NCBI RefSeq assembly: GCF_947242115.1
Contig: NC_074722.1
Coordinates: 29,796,340-29,860,339 of the forward strand
Length of the DNA stretch: 64,000 bases
Reading direction: 5' to 3'
From: Biomphalaria glabrata
Taxonomy: Eukaryota
Shown here in pieces: positions 62,090 through 64,000 of this stretch. Under the pieces are notes generated by a model. That model was not told the origin of the DNA and ran no database searches. It worked only from the letters and a program-made list of their open reading frames with translations. Both the position numbers and the translations under genes were made by a program. The first letter of the stretch is position 1, and each line of letters begins with the position of its first letter.

Positions 62090-62246
62090 ATGAAGCAGAA
62101 ATAACTGGCAGTACCAACTTATTGAACTACTACAATTTGGAACATTCATACAACAGATTTTTAAATAAAAAAGTGAAAGAAGAACTCAGCGCTTTTCTTC
62201 CGCATCTTCCTGGTAATATAGACTCACCTGGAATACAGGATAACAG
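62090..62246 (+). CDS. PX-domain-like coding exon (DEAEITGSTNLLNYYNLEHSYNRFLNKKVKEELSAFLPHLPGNIDSPGIQDN.).
   Basis: Acceptor tttctcaatatttcag, donor AACAG|GTTTGT. The sequence resembles the PX consensus (V-RRYSDF--L---L-----P-LPGK), here HSYNRFLNKKVKEELSAFLPHLPGN. Confidence 0.45.
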
Positions 62247-63267
62247 GTTTGTCTGAATAACCACTTTTAATTTTTAAGACTTGTAATTAACAATATAAAT
62301 AGGTTTTATGTTTTGTTGTTGTGATCATGATTCATAGCCAAACGGCCAATTAGATGTTATAAAGTTTCTTACCTCTATTTATAACTAATGTTTTATAAAG
62401 GTCTCATGTAGCTTGCATTGCATCTACAGCCTCTACTTTCCACAAATGTCAGATAACTATTAGCACTAGATGAACTTGGGTTACCTTAAGACTTCAAAGT
62501 AAGAAGTCCCAACCTTCACTAAGATTTAAATTTATGACTCTTCTTTCATATTGTATGCAAATGGCTTTACAAATGGGATTCACATCCTATTATCCTCCTT
62601 TATTATGTTTGTTGTTTGTCCATCATGATCACTGAAGACAGCTACTTTTATCTAAGAGGACTGACGGCTAAGCACTGCATTTCTATGCCTCCAAATATGA
62701 TTGGTGATAAGCCTATTGGAACCAGGAATGTTTATCTACAAAGTGAGCATGCTTTGTAACTGGTCCCAATATGCATAGCCATTTCTTTCAGCTTTGTCAC
62801 TTTTTTTCTTCTACATTTTAATAATGCGAATGTAATTGTTGTTAACAATGTTTTTTCCATTAAAAGTAAACCTTTTGGTATTTTGTTTATAGCTCTTTAA
62901 AATGACTTATTAAATATTCTAGATTTTTTTTTTTCCAGTGATAACTATTGAACATAGACATTTTTCTTAAATATATGTACCAGGGCTGTGTAATAATACA
63001 AACTAAAGTTTCAACTAGCTTGTGAGATATAAGAACTGTAAATATTATATTTTTATTTTCTAAATTTACCTAAGCTACCAAATTACTTTTTTATTTTGTG
63101 TCCATAATAATAAATATTTATTCTGTTAAGTTCAGGAAAACCATTCCATGTTACAAGTATTGAATTTTCATGGAGGAAAGAGCATCTGCTTATTGTACGT
63201 TTTGCATTAGATAAAATATTTTATTTTTTTTTAATTGTGTAAAAAAAATTTTCATTCTTTTTACTAG

Positions 63268-63367
63268 TTCTTTAAGATCACTTATAGAAAAAACACCAAT
63301 CACTGGAAAAGAGTTGACTCAACTCTCAGGCTCAGCACTGTCAGGATTTAGATTACATCCTGGTCCT
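63268..63367 (+). CDS. Candidate downstream exon (.SLRSLIEKTPITGKELTQLSGSALSGFRLHPGP), phase-consistent with the PX exon.
   Basis: Acceptor ttctttttactag, donor CCT|GTAAGT. It starts with 1 nt, then 33 codons, and ends in phase 0. Confidence 0.3.
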
Positions 63368-63707
63368 GTAAGTTGCTGTTTTTTAATATGATACAAAATA
63401 TATATGAAGTTGATTTTAGAATTATTTTAAATTTAAAACCTCCTTGAGAAAAACAAGAATGGTAAAAAAAAATAAAAAAATTGAAAACTGAAACTTAAAG
63501 TAGAGGAAAAAAATTATGTCAAAGTAATATTACTAAGTATACAGCTGTTTAATTTTTTCTCCCAAAAATGATTAAAATTCTATTGAGTGTTAAAAATTAG
63601 ACATGAGTAAGCCGGGTAACTGGCATTAATTTGTGATTCCACCTGTTATTTATCAGTATTTCTGAAATATGAAAAACTTATGTATTTAAATATTACTTAA
63701 CATATAG

Positions 63708-63813
63708 CTTCCAGAACAGTATCAACTTATGAATCAAATGACACAGAAGAAGAAAAGGCACAAAAAGAAAATTAAAGATTCAGAAAAAGGAAGCACTTTA
63801 CAGTTATCTCAGA
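63708..63813 (+). CDS. Candidate downstream exon (LPEQYQLMNQMTQKKKRHKKKIKDSEKGSTLQLSQ.), phase 0 start.
   Basis: Acceptor aacatatag, donor AGA|GTAAGT. Open for 35 codons. Confidence 0.3.
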
Positions 63814-64000
63814 GTAAGTAATTTTTTGTTTGAATTTTTTTTTTTTTTATTTAAAAAAAAATATATAACACCATTGAATTTGTCTTACTATGCTCAAGTG
63901 TTATGTTAATAAAAACAAACAACTAATGTAACATTATTTGAGTTGTTTGTAGACTGTCCCATTTTTTGTTTAGATAGCATCATGTATAAAACTGTAAAAT

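Overview
This window looks like AT-rich (~35% GC), intron-containing, transposon-dense nuclear DNA from a metazoan, probably a marine invertebrate that uses TTAGGG telomeric repeats. It is not prokaryotic. I found no operons and no CRISPR or defense-system architecture, so none is claimed.

Host genes:
- The 5' coding exon of a GPN-loop GTPase (GPN1-like) sits on the minus strand at 489..632. The rest of that gene lies beyond the window start.
- A complete 10-exon orthologue of GLT1D1 (glycosyltransferase 1 domain-containing 1) lies on the plus strand at 17586..24813.
- A 477-aa intronless ORF on the minus strand at 51812..53245 encodes a type-II membrane protein with an N-terminal signal anchor, many N-glycosylation sites and a DDD motif. 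It is glycosyltransferase-like but I cannot assign a family.
- A probable gene with a PX-domain-like exon occupies the plus strand from 59878 to the window end.
- A chain of three phase-consistent exons of unknown identity lies on the minus strand at 34808..36274.

The rest is repeat landscape:
- Two tRNA-derived SINE families (at least 10 and 3 copies).
- At least four LINE lineages. One has an L2/CR1-type ORF2 tail with a C-terminal CCHC zinc finger. One is an RTE-like RT. One has an 'LESLQDRR' 3' family. One is an I/R1-like RT-RNaseH fragment.
- One gypsy-type integrase remnant.
- A hAT DNA-transposon family with termini CAGTGGCGTAGC. It includes a 3.5-kb copy with transposase remnants, MITE derivatives and a 2.9-kb composite copy, each with a perfect 8-bp TSD.
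- A 2.6-kb TIR element with a perfect 15-bp TIR and 8-bp TSD that carries two internal satellite arrays, a (TA)n(TG)n microsatellite and an interstitial TTAGGG block.
- Minisatellites, a foldback-like inverted tandem array, and unusual TCTAGA/AGATCT-rich palindromic tracts that cluster around two gene 5' ends.

No single 'novel system' is evident. The most interesting items are the nested, datable TE insertions and the intronless glycosyltransferase-like gene beside a hAT end.
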